This document shows positions 45,862-55,478 of a stretch of DNA of 64,000 nt, piece by piece. The notes beneath the pieces are model-generated. The model worked only from the letters and a program-made list of their open reading frames with translations, was not told the origin of the DNA and did not search any database. Both the position numbers and the translations under genes were made by a program. Each line of letters opens with the position of its first letter. The stretch's first letter is position 1. This DNA is from Candidatus Latescibacterota bacterium (GTDB lineage Bacteria; Latescibacterota; UBA2968; UBA8231): positions 832,001 through 896,000 of the forward strand of contig CBDETK010000013.1 in NCBI GenBank assembly GCA_965242865.1. The letters run 5' to 3'.

Positions 45862-48527
45862 TCGAAGCGTTTTCTCAAAGAGTGTCCGGTTTTTTTCAGT
45901 GGCTGTTTGACCGCGAGTCAAAAAAGGAGCGGCAGTGGGCCGAGCTAGAGGAGTACCGCGCCTTACTCGAACCGCCCGACCGCTTTGAGGAGGGCTTTAC
46001 GGTCCGCACCATTATCGGCGTCCTCTTCATCTCGCTGATTATGACCCCGGGCGAGATGTTCCTCGGGCTGTACACGGGGGGCGGCATTGGCGATGCCGCG
46101 CAATGGGTGACGGTGATTCTCTTTTTAGAAATCTCCAAACGTTCGTTTACCTCGCTCAAGCGCCAAGAAATTTACCTGCTGGTGTACGTGGCCTCGGCCT
46201 TGATCTCCCGCGAGGAAGGCGCGTTCCTCGACTTGCTCTGGCGTCAGTACTTCGTGGGTTCGGCCGAAGCCGAGCAAGTCGGGCTGTCGCACAGGTTGCC
46301 GTGGTGGTGGGTGCCCTCGCCCGATTCCGAGGCCCTTGCCGAGCGAACCTTTATCCACCGCGACTGGCTGGCCCCAATCCTGCTGCTGGTAGTGGCGACG
46401 ATCATGAGCCGCATCGCTTGGTTTACGTCCGGCTACATGCTCTTCCGGCTCACCTCCGACCGCGAGCAATTGCCTTTTCCCACTGCGCCGATGTCGGCGT
46501 TGAGCGCCATGGCCTTGGCCGAGGATTCGGGTGCCGAGCGGGAGACGTGGAAGTGGCCGGTGTTTAGCATCGGCGCGGTCATTGGGGCGTCCTTCGGGGT
46601 CATCTATGTAGGGATCCCGGTCGTCACTGAACTCTGGGGGGCCAAAGTGACGATCTTGCCGATTCCCTTCTGGGATTTGACGCCTTATTTCGGCAACATC
46701 GTACCGGCCACGCCGCTGGGGATCACCATGCACTTGGGGCCGGTCTTCGCGGGGCTTTTTATGCCCTTCTGGTCGGTGATTGGCTCCTTTTGCGGGGTGA
46801 TGCTGCACACGGCCATCAGCCCGGTGCTCTACGAATGGGGCTATCTGCCGCGCTGGGAGATCGGCATGGACACCATTCGCACCCAGATCGTCACCGGGAT
46901 CGATTTTTGGCGCGCCTTTTCCATTGGCATCACCCTCGCGGTCACCATCGTCAGCTTTTACCAGCTTTTTTCCACTGGCCGAGAAAAGCAGGCCGAAGCG
47001 CGGGAGAAGCTCCGGCTCCAAGGGGACGATCAGTCGGGGATGTGCAAGCACTCGGACTGCCTCCACCCGGCCGAAGTGCGGGGGTACTGCTTAAAACATC
47101 TCGGGCGCGGCGATTTCAATATGTGGGTCTGCGCTTCCCTGTTTTGCGTCGCGGCCATCTATCCGATCGTCTTGGCCAAGAGCTTGTTTCCCGCCTTGGT
47201 CAGCACCGGCCTGTTGGTGACTTTCGTGCTCATCGCCTTTGTCTATGCGCCGATCATGTCCTTTGTCAGTGCTCGACTCGACGGCTTGGTGGGGCGCAAC
47301 ATTTCGATTCCCTACGTCGATGAGGCCATCCGCTTTATGACCGGCTTTCGCGGGGTTGAAATTTGGTTCGTGCCCTTTCCAGCTCGCAACTTTGGCGGGC
47401 ACGCCGAGGGGTTTAGGGTCGTAGAGCTGACCGGGATGAAGTTTACCAGCTTACTCAAGGCCGAGCTCTTTATGCTGCCCATCGTCTTTGGGGTGAGTTT
47501 GATGTACTGGACCTTCCTCTGGCGCTTGGCCCCCATCCCCTCGGAGAGCTACCCGTACGCGCAGAGAATATGGCCGCGGCAGGCCTTTGAACAAGCACTC
47601 GTACTATCCAGCACGATGTACAACAAAATGTGGCGCGCCGGGGAGGAGTTGGAAGGAGAGGTCGTGCCCAGCGGGCAAGCCGTGTGGAGCCCGAGCAATT
47701 TGTTGGACGGCCGCTGGTGGTACTGGCGGGTGAGTACCACGCGCGACTTAGAGGTGCCCGATCCGGTCAAGCGCGCTTATGGCCCTTGGTCGCAGACCGG
47801 GTACTTCTACACGGACTTCAGCGGCGGGGAAGCACCACCGCCGCCAGAGGCTGCCCAGAGGATCGACGCCGAGGCGGGTGCTCCGTCGGATGGCCCCGAG
47901 CTACTTTGGCCTCCCAACGGCATGGCCCTGGCCACGCCAAACCCCAACTTCCGGGCCGCGGTTGATTTGGCCCCAGGCGACTCGGTTGACTTCTACTTTG
48001 AAGTGGATCTCCTGCCCAGCTTTGATGGCGAGTTTTTGCAGCGCTCTTCGGACGAGCCTTTGCTCTTTGAGGTCTTGTGGCAGGACATGCAGTTTACGGG
48101 CAATCGCAAGGACGACGACGGCGATGGCCTGATCGACGAGGAGCTGGTCAACAACAAAGACGACGATGGCGACGGCCTGATCGACGAGGATACGCACCAT
48201 CCCCTCGGCGGCAAGAAGTGGCCCATTATCGTCGGCGCGACCGGCTTTGGCTTGGCCGCGTACTTTACCATGGCCTTTTTGGGCATGCCGATTTTTATGA
48301 TCTGGGGCTACGTCCAGAGCGTCAACGGCATTCCGCACACTCTCATTCCGCAAATCATTGGGGCCCTGCTAGCTAGGCACTACTTCTGGAAGCGGTACGG
48401 CAAGCAGCAATGGCGTCAATACGCCATGGTTTTGAGCGTGGGCTTTGGGGTCGGCATGGCCCTAATCGGCATGTTCAGCGCGGCCCTGTCGATGATCAAA
48501 AAAGCCATTTCGTCCCTCGCCTATTGA
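45858..48527 (+). CDS. OPT-like polytopic membrane protein with inserted soluble domains
   Basis: FEEGFTVRTIIG, AAQWVTVILF, DREQLPFP, APIPSESYP; two DDDGDGLIDE repeats; ATGA overlap with the upstream stop. Confidence 0.75.
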   Translation: MIEAFSQRVSGFFQWLFDRESKKERQWAELEEYRALLEPPDRFEEGFTVRTIIGVLFISLIMTPGEMFLGLYTGGGIGDAAQWVTVILFLEISKRSFTSLKRQEIYLLVYVASALISREEGAFLDLLWRQYFVGSAEAEQVGLSHRLPWWWVPSPDSEALAERTFIHRDWLAPILLLVVATIMSRIAWFTSGYMLFRLTSDREQLPFPTAPMSALSAMALAEDSGAERETWKWPVFSIGAVIGASFGVIYVGIPVVTELWGAKVTILPIPFWDLTPYFGNIVPATPLGITMHLGPVFAGLFMPFWSVIGSFCGVMLHTAISPVLYEWGYLPRWEIGMDTIRTQIVTGIDFWRAFSIGITLAVTIVSFYQLFSTGREKQAEAREKLRLQGDDQSGMCKHSDCLHPAEVRGYCLKHLGRGDFNMWVCASLFCVAAIYPIVLAKSLFPALVSTGLLVTFVLIAFVYAPIMSFVSARLDGLVGRNISIPYVDEAIRFMTGFRGVEIWFVPFPARNFGGHAEGFRVVELTGMKFTSLLKAELFMLPIVFGVSLMYWTFLWRLAPIPSESYPYAQRIWPRQAFEQALVLSSTMYNKMWRAGEELEGEVVPSGQAVWSPSNLLDGRWWYWRVSTTRDLEVPDPVKRAYGPWSQTGYFYTDFSGGEAPPPPEAAQRIDAEAGAPSDGPELLWPPNGMALATPNPNFRAAVDLAPGDSVDFYFEVDLLPSFDGEFLQRSSDEPLLFEVLWQDMQFTGNRKDDDGDGLIDEELVNNKDDDGDGLIDEDTHHPLGGKKWPIIVGATGFGLAAYFTMAFLGMPIFMIWGYVQSVNGIPHTLIPQIIGALLARHYFWKRYGKQQWRQYAMVLSVGFGVGMALIGMFSAALSMIKKAISSLAY

Positions 48528-48568
48528 GGGGTTTACAAGGTCCATTCGCTCTCGTATTTTCGCCGATT

Positions 48569-48892
48569 ATGGACTTGCTTACGCGCCTATTCCGCGTCAT
48601 GCGGGCACACACTGCGGCCCGCGAGCACACGCATTGGCAGCCCCCGCCGACGGCCCCGGCTCCGGCCGAACCCTCCGTCCTCGCTGGGTATTACGCCAAT
48701 TTGGAGCTCCCCGATGGAGCGAGTCTGGAGGAGGTGAAGGCGGCGTGGAAGCGGTTGATGAAGCAGTACCACCCGGACCGCCACGCCCAAGACCCGGCCA
48801 AGCGCGCGGTGGCCAACGCGCTGTGCGCCGAGTTGACGCACGCCTACAAAGAGCTGGAAAAGTCCCTGACCACCCATGACCCATCACACTAG
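48569..48892 (+). CDS. Small J-domain (DnaJ-type) protein
   Basis: YYANLEL...EVKAAWKRLMKQYHPD. Confidence 0.88.
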   Translation: MDLLTRLFRVMRAHTAAREHTHWQPPPTAPAPAEPSVLAGYYANLELPDGASLEEVKAAWKRLMKQYHPDRHAQDPAKRAVANALCAELTHAYKELEKSLTTHDPSH

Positions 48893-48911
48893 ACTAGATT
48901 GGAGGCCGCTT

Positions 48912-49304
48912 ATGGCTGATTTTGCCACCGTAAAGGAGTACATCCTCGAGCTGGGCTTTGCCATCGCCGAGGAGATTCCCGAAGAGGAAATCATCATTGT
49001 CAACGACGAGGAGCGCGGGGTGCAAAACTTGGTGGTTGACTGCGAGGATACGGTGCTGGTGATCGAGCAGCTCATCATCCGAATTGCGCCCGAGGCCGCC
49101 GAGGCGCACAAGCGGATTTTGCAGATGAACCGCGACTTGATCTTTGGCGCCTTCGTCCTCAACGAGGAAGGCGATGGGCTGCTCTATCGCAATACGCTGG
49201 CGCTGGAGAATTTGGACTTAAACGAACTGGAAAGCACCATCAACTCCCTCGGGCTCGGCTTGGCCGAACACGGGGAAGAATTACTGGGTTTTGCCGCCCA
49301 ATAG
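48912..49304 (+). CDS. YbjN/CesT-like chaperone-fold protein
   Basis: Acidic 130-aa protein, LQMNRDLIFGAF, LENLDLNEL; GGAGG RBS; directly upstream of PspA. Confidence 0.75.
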   Translation: MADFATVKEYILELGFAIAEEIPEEEIIIVNDEERGVQNLVVDCEDTVLVIEQLIIRIAPEAAEAHKRILQMNRDLIFGAFVLNEEGDGLLYRNTLALENLDLNELESTINSLGLGLAEHGEELLGFAAQ

Positions 49305-49315
49305 GAGGATAGGAC

Positions 49316-50026
49316 ATGGCAGGTATATTTCAACGCTTGTTTAAGACTGGGCAGGCCGAAGCCCACGCCATAGTAGATAAGCTCGAAGACCCGATCAAGA
49401 TGAGCGAGCAGGCGATCCGCGACCTAAAAAAGGACCTACAAGACAGCCTCAAGGCCCTCGCCGAGGTCAAGGCAATCGCCATTCGGCTCAGCCGCGAGGC
49501 CGCGGACCATCACCGGCGCGCGACCGACTACGAGCGCAAGGCCATGCTGCTGTTGCAAAAGGCCGAGTCCGGCCAGATGGAGGAAGCCGAGGCCGACCGC
49601 TTGGCGCGCGAAGCCCTAACCCGGGTCGAGGAAGCCCAAAGCCGGCACGCCGAAACCACCCAACAGGCCCAAGCCCAACAGGCCATGGCCGACAAGCTGC
49701 AGAGCAATGTCAACGATTTGAAGTCGAAAATCGCCTCGTACGAAAACGACCTAGTAACGCTCAAGGCGCGCACCAAAACCGCCAACGCCACCCGCAAAAT
49801 CAACCAGCACTTGGCCAACATCGACTCCAAGGGCACCACGGCCCTGCTGGAGCGGATGAAGGAAAAGGCCGAAGAGCAGGAAGCGCTGGCCGAGGCGTAT
49901 GGCGACATGGGCGACGCGGCCACGGCCGTTGAAGACGAGATCGACAAGGCCCTCGCCGACAGCAAGGGCGCCCAGGTCGATGACTCGCTCGCCCAGCTCA
50001 AGGCCAAAATGAAGGCGGCCAAGTAA
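49316..50026 (+). CDS. PspA/IM30 family protein
   Basis: N-terminal amphipathic GIFQRL, DKLEDPIKM, long coiled coil, LAQLKAKM. Confidence 0.92.
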   Translation: MAGIFQRLFKTGQAEAHAIVDKLEDPIKMSEQAIRDLKKDLQDSLKALAEVKAIAIRLSREAADHHRRATDYERKAMLLLQKAESGQMEEAEADRLAREALTRVEEAQSRHAETTQQAQAQQAMADKLQSNVNDLKSKIASYENDLVTLKARTKTANATRKINQHLANIDSKGTTALLERMKEKAEEQEALAEAYGDMGDAATAVEDEIDKALADSKGAQVDDSLAQLKAKMKAAK

Positions 50027-50039
50027 GGGCTGCCTGGGG

Positions 50040-51692
50040 ATGAAGGCCCTGAGCCGCCGGCAATTTTTCGGCACCCTCGCCGCGGCCGGCGGCTGGGCGG
50101 CGTGGAGCGGGTGCGCGTCGGACCAGCGGCCGGTGCAGCCGATTCCCGGGCGGATCGTCAACGAGGGGCCGCCGCGTGGGCACCGGCTGCGCGAGGAGCA
50201 TTCTTGGGCGGACTTTGCCGCGGCCGAGGGCGCGTGCGACGTCGCGATTGTCGGCGGGGGGATCTCCGGCTTGGCCGCGGCGTGGAAGCTGCGGCGGTCC
50301 GGGGTCGAGCGAATTTTCCTCCTCGACCTCGAAGACCAGCTCGGGGGCACCAGCCGCAGCGGCCAATGGGGCGACCGACTGTTTCCTTGGGGCGCTCACT
50401 ACATCAACATCCCGCCGGCCGAAGCCGACTGCATCCACGAAATCCTGCAAGACGTAGGCGTCATTGACGGGTACGACGCGGCCAATAGGCCGATGGTCGC
50501 GGCCGGGGCGCTGCTGCGCTGGCCGCACGAGCGGCTGTTCCAGCGGGGCAAGTGGGCGGCTGGGCTGGACCCGTTTGCCGACGCGTCGGCCCGGGAGCGC
50601 GAGACCCTGTTGCGCTTTGAAGACGAGATGCTGGGCTGGGCCTTGCAGCGCGGTCGCGATGGCCGCCGGGCCTTTGCCCTGCCCTTGCGCTACAGCACGG
50701 CCGATGTCCGGGTGCGGCGGTTGGACCAAATCAGCATGGCCCAGTACCTCCGCGAACGGGGATGGCACGACGAGCGGCTCGGCTGGCTGGTCGACTACGC
50801 CTGCCGCGACGACTACGGCAGCACGGCCGCCCAAGTCTCGGCGTGGGCCGGGATTCACTACTATGCCTGTCGGTTCTACGACTACCGGATCGAGGAAGCC
50901 TATCCAGCCCACACCCTGACGTGGCCCGAAGGCAATGGCCACCTAGTGGCAAAACTCGCTAACAGGTTGGGGGAAAACGAGATAAGGCGACAATCGCTAG
51001 TGGTTCGTCTAGCCGAGGAGCGGTCGCAGGTGCGCTTGGGGTACATCGACTTGGCCACCGGGGAAAAGCGGCAACTCACCGCCCGGGCGGTGGTGTACGC
51101 CGGCAAGCTCCACACCGCGCCCTACGCGATTGTGGGCCTGCCAAAGGCCCAAGCCGAGGCCATGGCCGCGATCGAGTACAGCCCGTGGCTGGTCGCGGCG
51201 ATTTTTCTCAAAGAGCCGCTCGCGGCCCAGACCACCTGGGACAACGTCTTGTACGACAGCCCATCGCTGGGCTATGTGGTGGCCGACCACCAGCAAGGCC
51301 GGGGCGGGCGCGTGTTGATGTACTATTGGCCTTTTGTCGAGCAGCTCGCCCAGGCCCGGCGCGCCTTGCTCGCGCAGGACCATTCATTCTGGACAGCCCA
51401 GATCATGGCCGATTTGAGCCGAGTTCACCCGGAGCTAGAAGAGCGGGTGGAGCGCGTGGATCTGTATCGCTGGGGGCACGGGATGATGCGGCCCAGTCCC
51501 GAGTCGCTGTGGGGAGCGTCGGCCGCGCACCGGCAGCAGCCCATGGAGCGGATATTTTTTGCCTCGTGCGATGCGACCGGGTTGCCCCTGTGCGAAGAAG
51601 CGATGTTTTCCGGCATTCTGGCCGCGGAACAGGCCATGGACTGCCTCGGCGTGGCGCATGCCTCCTCGTTGGGCGGGCTCGCGGATGCCTAG
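50040..51692 (+). CDS. Tat-exported FAD-dependent amine-oxidase-like protein
   Basis: SRRQFF twin-arginine signal, IVGGGISGL, WGAHY, RDDYG, RWGHGM. Confidence 0.85.
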   Translation: MKALSRRQFFGTLAAAGGWAAWSGCASDQRPVQPIPGRIVNEGPPRGHRLREEHSWADFAAAEGACDVAIVGGGISGLAAAWKLRRSGVERIFLLDLEDQLGGTSRSGQWGDRLFPWGAHYINIPPAEADCIHEILQDVGVIDGYDAANRPMVAAGALLRWPHERLFQRGKWAAGLDPFADASARERETLLRFEDEMLGWALQRGRDGRRAFALPLRYSTADVRVRRLDQISMAQYLRERGWHDERLGWLVDYACRDDYGSTAAQVSAWAGIHYYACRFYDYRIEEAYPAHTLTWPEGNGHLVAKLANRLGENEIRRQSLVVRLAEERSQVRLGYIDLATGEKRQLTARAVVYAGKLHTAPYAIVGLPKAQAEAMAAIEYSPWLVAAIFLKEPLAAQTTWDNVLYDSPSLGYVVADHQQGRGGRVLMYYWPFVEQLAQARRALLAQDHSFWTAQIMADLSRVHPELEERVERVDLYRWGHGMMRPSPESLWGASAAHRQQPMERIFFASCDATGLPLCEEAMFSGILAAEQAMDCLGVAHASSLGGLADA

Positions 51693-53205
51693 GCTGGGGT
51701 CGCTGTTTTTGCTGGGGGCGATTTTCTCGGCCGCGGCCTGCGCCATCGTCTATCAGCTGCTCATCGGCAGCGTAGCGTCCTACTTCCTCGGCAATAGCGT
51801 CGAGCAGTTTTCCCTGACGATCGGCTTTTTCCTCGCTGCGATGGGGCTGGGGTCGTGGCTTTCGCGCTTTGTCGCCGACCCCTCGCTGCTGACGCGGCTG
51901 GCCCAGCTAGAGATTTGGCTGGGTTTTTTGGGCGGGGTGTCGGTCGGCGTGCTCTACGTGCTCTACGGATACACGGACTCCTTTCGGGCCGGCATGTTGG
52001 CTTTGAGCACGGTGCTGGGCGCGTTGATCGGCCTCGAAGTGCCCCTGATCACCCGGCTGTTGCGCGGGCAGGGGACGCTGCGCGCGGCGCTGTCGAATGT
52101 GTTGTCCCTCGATTATTTAGGGGCCTTGGTCGCCTCCTTGCTCTTCCCGTACATCCTGTTGCCCTTCCTCGGCAGCCTGCACACGGCGTTGGTCGCCGGC
52201 TTGGTCAACGCTGTCCTCGGCCTCGGCGTGGTGCTCGCGTTTAAGGCCGAGTTGGTAGCGCAGGGGGCCTTTCGCGGGCTCGGGGCACAAGCCCTCGGGG
52301 TGATTGCGGTGCTCGGGGCGTTGGCTTGGCAGGGGGAGGAGCTGCGGGCGCGGTGGGAAAGCGACCTGTACGCAGACCGCATCGTCCACAGCGAGCAATC
52401 GGCCTATCAGCAAATCGTCCTGACCCGGCGCGACGACCACCTGCGGCTCTATCTCAACGGGCACCTACAATTCGCCTCCATTGACGAGTACCGCTACCAC
52501 GAGGCCCTAGTCCATCCGGCCTTGGCCCTGACGCCCGCCCGCGAACGGGTGCTCATCATCGGCGGCGGCGACGGCCTAACCGCGCGCGAGGTGCTCAAGT
52601 ACGAGGACGTCGAGCACGTCGATGTAGTCGATCTCGACCCGGCGGTAACGCGGTTGGCCCAGCGCAACCTCCATCTGACCCGGCTCAACGACAACGCGCT
52701 GAATCGCCGCCGAGTGCGCGTGATCAACGAAGACGGCTTGGTCTTTTTGCAGCGCGCCCACGTGCCGTACGGCGCGATCCTAATGGACCTGCCCGACCCT
52801 CGCGAGGAGAGCTTGGCCAAGCTCTATTCGGTCGAAGCCTATCGGCTGTGCCGCAAGCTGCTCGGCCCGCACGGCGTCTTGGCGACCCAAGCCTCGAGTC
52901 CGTATCACGCGCGCGCGGCGTATTGGAGCATTGCCGTCGCCTTGGAGGAAGCGGGCTTTGCCGTCCACTCCTATCACTTGCCCGTGCCCTCTTTTGGCGA
53001 GTGGGGATTCCACTTGGCCGGCAAAGCCGGGCTGGACCCGACGGCCGTCGCCTTTGCAGTGCCCACGCGCTACATCGACCGCCAAGTCTGGGCGGCCCTC
53101 GCGGTTTTCGACGGCGATATGGCCCGCGTGCCCGTGCAGGCCAACCGACTTGATAGGCCGGTGTTGGCGCGTTATTATCGACGCAGTTGGGGTACTCAGT
53201 TTTGA
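51685..53205 (+). CDS. speE: Membrane-anchored polyamine aminopropyltransferase (spermidine synthase)
   Basis: About seven N-terminal TMs; QSAYQQI, LNGHLQF, YHEALVHP, IGGGDG, DLPDP, VPSFGEWGF. Confidence 0.88.
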   Translation: MPRLGSLFLLGAIFSAAACAIVYQLLIGSVASYFLGNSVEQFSLTIGFFLAAMGLGSWLSRFVADPSLLTRLAQLEIWLGFLGGVSVGVLYVLYGYTDSFRAGMLALSTVLGALIGLEVPLITRLLRGQGTLRAALSNVLSLDYLGALVASLLFPYILLPFLGSLHTALVAGLVNAVLGLGVVLAFKAELVAQGAFRGLGAQALGVIAVLGALAWQGEELRARWESDLYADRIVHSEQSAYQQIVLTRRDDHLRLYLNGHLQFASIDEYRYHEALVHPALALTPARERVLIIGGGDGLTAREVLKYEDVEHVDVVDLDPAVTRLAQRNLHLTRLNDNALNRRRVRVINEDGLVFLQRAHVPYGAILMDLPDPREESLAKLYSVEAYRLCRKLLGPHGVLATQASSPYHARAAYWSIAVALEEAGFAVHSYHLPVPSFGEWGFHLAGKAGLDPTAVAFAVPTRYIDRQVWAALAVFDGDMARVPVQANRLDRPVLARYYRRSWGTQF

Positions 53206-53218
53206 AAGGATGTGCCTT

Positions 53219-53773
53219 ATGGGTTTGCGGAAATGGTTCGGAGGTCGCCAAGACCAAGACCAAGACGAACCGGCGTATGAGGAGTACTCGCTCCACACCA
53301 TGCGAGTGGGGTTCTTAGTCGATTACGACCTCAAAACGTGGCAAGTCACCGGCCGGGGAAGCTACGACTACGACGGCTATGCGACCGAGGAATGGGAATT
53401 GCAGGCCGATGGGCAGGTCTGCTTCCTCGAGCGCGCCGAAGAAAACGGCCAAGCCCATTGGACCCTGACGCGGGCGATTGGCCTCGACGAAATCGAAGGC
53501 GATGTGGCCGCGGCCATTATCGCCGACGGCGATCCGCCGGCAATAGTACAGTTTGCCGGCGACGAATACGTGGGGAGCGAGAGCGAGGCCGGCCTGTACC
53601 GCAAAGAGGGCGTCGCTGGGGAGCGCGAATTTGTCAATTGGTCGTTTGAAGGCCATGAAGGCCAAGTGCTTTTTATTAGCCAGTGGGGCGAGCGCACCTT
53701 TGCCGCGTACGCCGGCTTGGAGGTAGAGGAATACCAATTCACCGACATCCTGCCGGTGGCGGAGGGGGCTTAA
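53219..53773 (+). CDS. DUF4178-like protein
   Basis: GFLVDYDLKTWQV, EEW, acidic beta-rich composition; gene context. Confidence 0.7.
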   Translation: MGLRKWFGGRQDQDQDEPAYEEYSLHTMRVGFLVDYDLKTWQVTGRGSYDYDGYATEEWELQADGQVCFLERAEENGQAHWTLTRAIGLDEIEGDVAAAIIADGDPPAIVQFAGDEYVGSESEAGLYRKEGVAGEREFVNWSFEGHEGQVLFISQWGERTFAAYAGLEVEEYQFTDILPVAEGA

Positions 53774-53774
53774 C

Positions 53775-54476
53775 ATGGCTTGGCGCGTAGCGGCCTTAGC
53801 GTTGCTGATGGCCTGTGGGGGGGCCAAAGACCCGGTAAAAGAGCTGGTGCGCGACTTAGATCGCTACCCGGAATACTCCCTAATCGTCGATGATACCCGC
53901 ATTGAAGAGGGGTCGCTGTTTCCCAACTACGCGCTGCGCTTTCAGGTGCTGACTGCTTCGGGCCAGCGCGTGGCCGGGCGCGATACCATCGTCTATCAGG
54001 AGCGGCGCACGGATTGGCTGAAGGTCCGCGAAGAGACCTTCTACCGCTACGACAACTACGTCGGCATGGTCGTGGCCTCCAAGTCGCTCGACGGCCGCCG
54101 CACCGGCGCCAATCAAGCACACCCACCCGGCTATCAGTACGTCGGCAACCCCCAGTACGGCTTCTGGGGCGGCGGCGGGTTTTGGCAGTTCTACGGCCAG
54201 TACGCGTTGATGCGCGACCTAATGGGCGGGTGGGGCGTTGGCCGGGGCGATTGGGAGGACTATCGCCGCAATCGGGAACGGGGCCGGCCGTACTACGGGC
54301 CGGTGCAAGGGGGCCGGCCCACCTTTGGCTCGCGCGGCTCGCAAACCCAAAAGACGCGGCCGCAATTCTACCAACGTCAGCAAAGCCGCCGCCAGGCCTT
54401 TAGCGGCCAAGTCAAAAACCGCATGGGCCGCACCACTTCCGGGTGGGGACGCGGCTCCTCGCGCTTTGGAAAATAG
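53775..54476 (+). CDS. Lipoprotein with Gly/Arg/aromatic-rich C-terminal tail
   Basis: LMA-C lipobox; PPGYQYVGNPQYG, FWQFYGQY; tail ending GRGSSRFGK. Confidence 0.75.
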   Translation: MAWRVAALALLMACGGAKDPVKELVRDLDRYPEYSLIVDDTRIEEGSLFPNYALRFQVLTASGQRVAGRDTIVYQERRTDWLKVREETFYRYDNYVGMVVASKSLDGRRTGANQAHPPGYQYVGNPQYGFWGGGGFWQFYGQYALMRDLMGGWGVGRGDWEDYRRNRERGRPYYGPVQGGRPTFGSRGSQTQKTRPQFYQRQQSRRQAFSGQVKNRMGRTTSGWGRGSSRFGK

Positions 54477-54486
54477 GGGGAACCCA

Positions 54487-55329
54487 GTGGACACTCTAGT
54501 GCTGATGGCCCAAACCGTTGTCTATCTCTTAGAGGCTTTTGTCCTGCTCTTTGTGGCCAAGCAGGTCTATGCCCGGGTGTTTCGGCGGGTCGATCTCAAA
54601 GACGAACTCTACGGCCGCAACAACCACGCGCTGGCCGTTGCGGTGAGCGGCTATTGCCTGGGGATTTGCTTGGCGCTGGGCGGGGCGTTGAGCGGCCCTT
54701 CGCTCGGTTGGCAAGCCGATCTGGTGGGCATCGCCCTGTACGGGATCTTGGCGATTGTCTTGATGCTCGTCGCCGGCGTGGTCTGCGAGCGGGTGCTCCT
54801 GCCGCACTTTGACAACCGCAAGGAAGTCATCGCCGATCAGAATATGGGGACGGCCTTTGTCGAGGCCGGGATGCACATTGCCAACGGCCTGATCGTCTTG
54901 GCTATCGTGCAGGGCGCGGGGCCGCTGTGGAGCGGCGTGGCCTTCTGGCTGTTGGCCCAAGTGGTGCTCGTGATGGCGGGGCTGCTCTACGAGTGGATCA
55001 CCCCGCATTCGGTCCACCGCGAACTGGAGCGCGATAACGCGGCGGTCGGCTTGGCCTTTGGCGGCGTGTTGGTGGGCATGGGCAACATCGTCAGCATTGC
55101 CGTGGCCGGCGATTACGCCGGGTGGCTCGTCGGCCTCCAAACCTTTGGCGTGGATGTGGGCTTTGGTTTTGTCGCGCTCTACGCGATCCACAAGTTGACC
55201 GACGCGCTTTTGGCCCCCCGAGTGCGCTTGGGGGCCGAGCAGGTCGAGGAGCAGCCGAATGTGGGGGCTGGGCTCATTGAGGCGTTTGGGTACGTGGGGG
55301 GGTCGATGTTGATCGTTTGGATTTTTTGA
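54487..55329 (+). CDS. DUF350 membrane protein (two repeats)
   Basis: NNHALAV, DQNMGTAF, DNAAVGL, NVGAGLIE; about eight TMs. Confidence 0.82.
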   Translation: MDTLVLMAQTVVYLLEAFVLLFVAKQVYARVFRRVDLKDELYGRNNHALAVAVSGYCLGICLALGGALSGPSLGWQADLVGIALYGILAIVLMLVAGVVCERVLLPHFDNRKEVIADQNMGTAFVEAGMHIANGLIVLAIVQGAGPLWSGVAFWLLAQVVLVMAGLLYEWITPHSVHRELERDNAAVGLAFGGVLVGMGNIVSIAVAGDYAGWLVGLQTFGVDVGFGFVALYAIHKLTDALLAPRVRLGAEQVEEQPNVGAGLIEAFGYVGGSMLIVWIF

Positions 55330-55369
55330 ATGAATTGTGCCGTCATATTGCGTCTGGGCGCGGGGGCCG

Positions 55370-55478
55370 GTCGGGGCGCGGTCGGGGCACGGCCCCCTGT
55401 CGGGGCACGGGGGCCCCGACCTACGACGGTGCCGTTGGTTTTGTTGGGGTGCGGGGGTTCGTCGGGGCCCGACCTGCG
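55370..55478. repeat. Cluster of REP-like GTCGGGGC...GCCCCGAC hairpins
   Basis: Complete unit at 55399-55424 reads GTAGGTCGGGGCCCCCGTGCCCCGAC on the minus strand; partial copies flank it. Confidence 0.6.
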
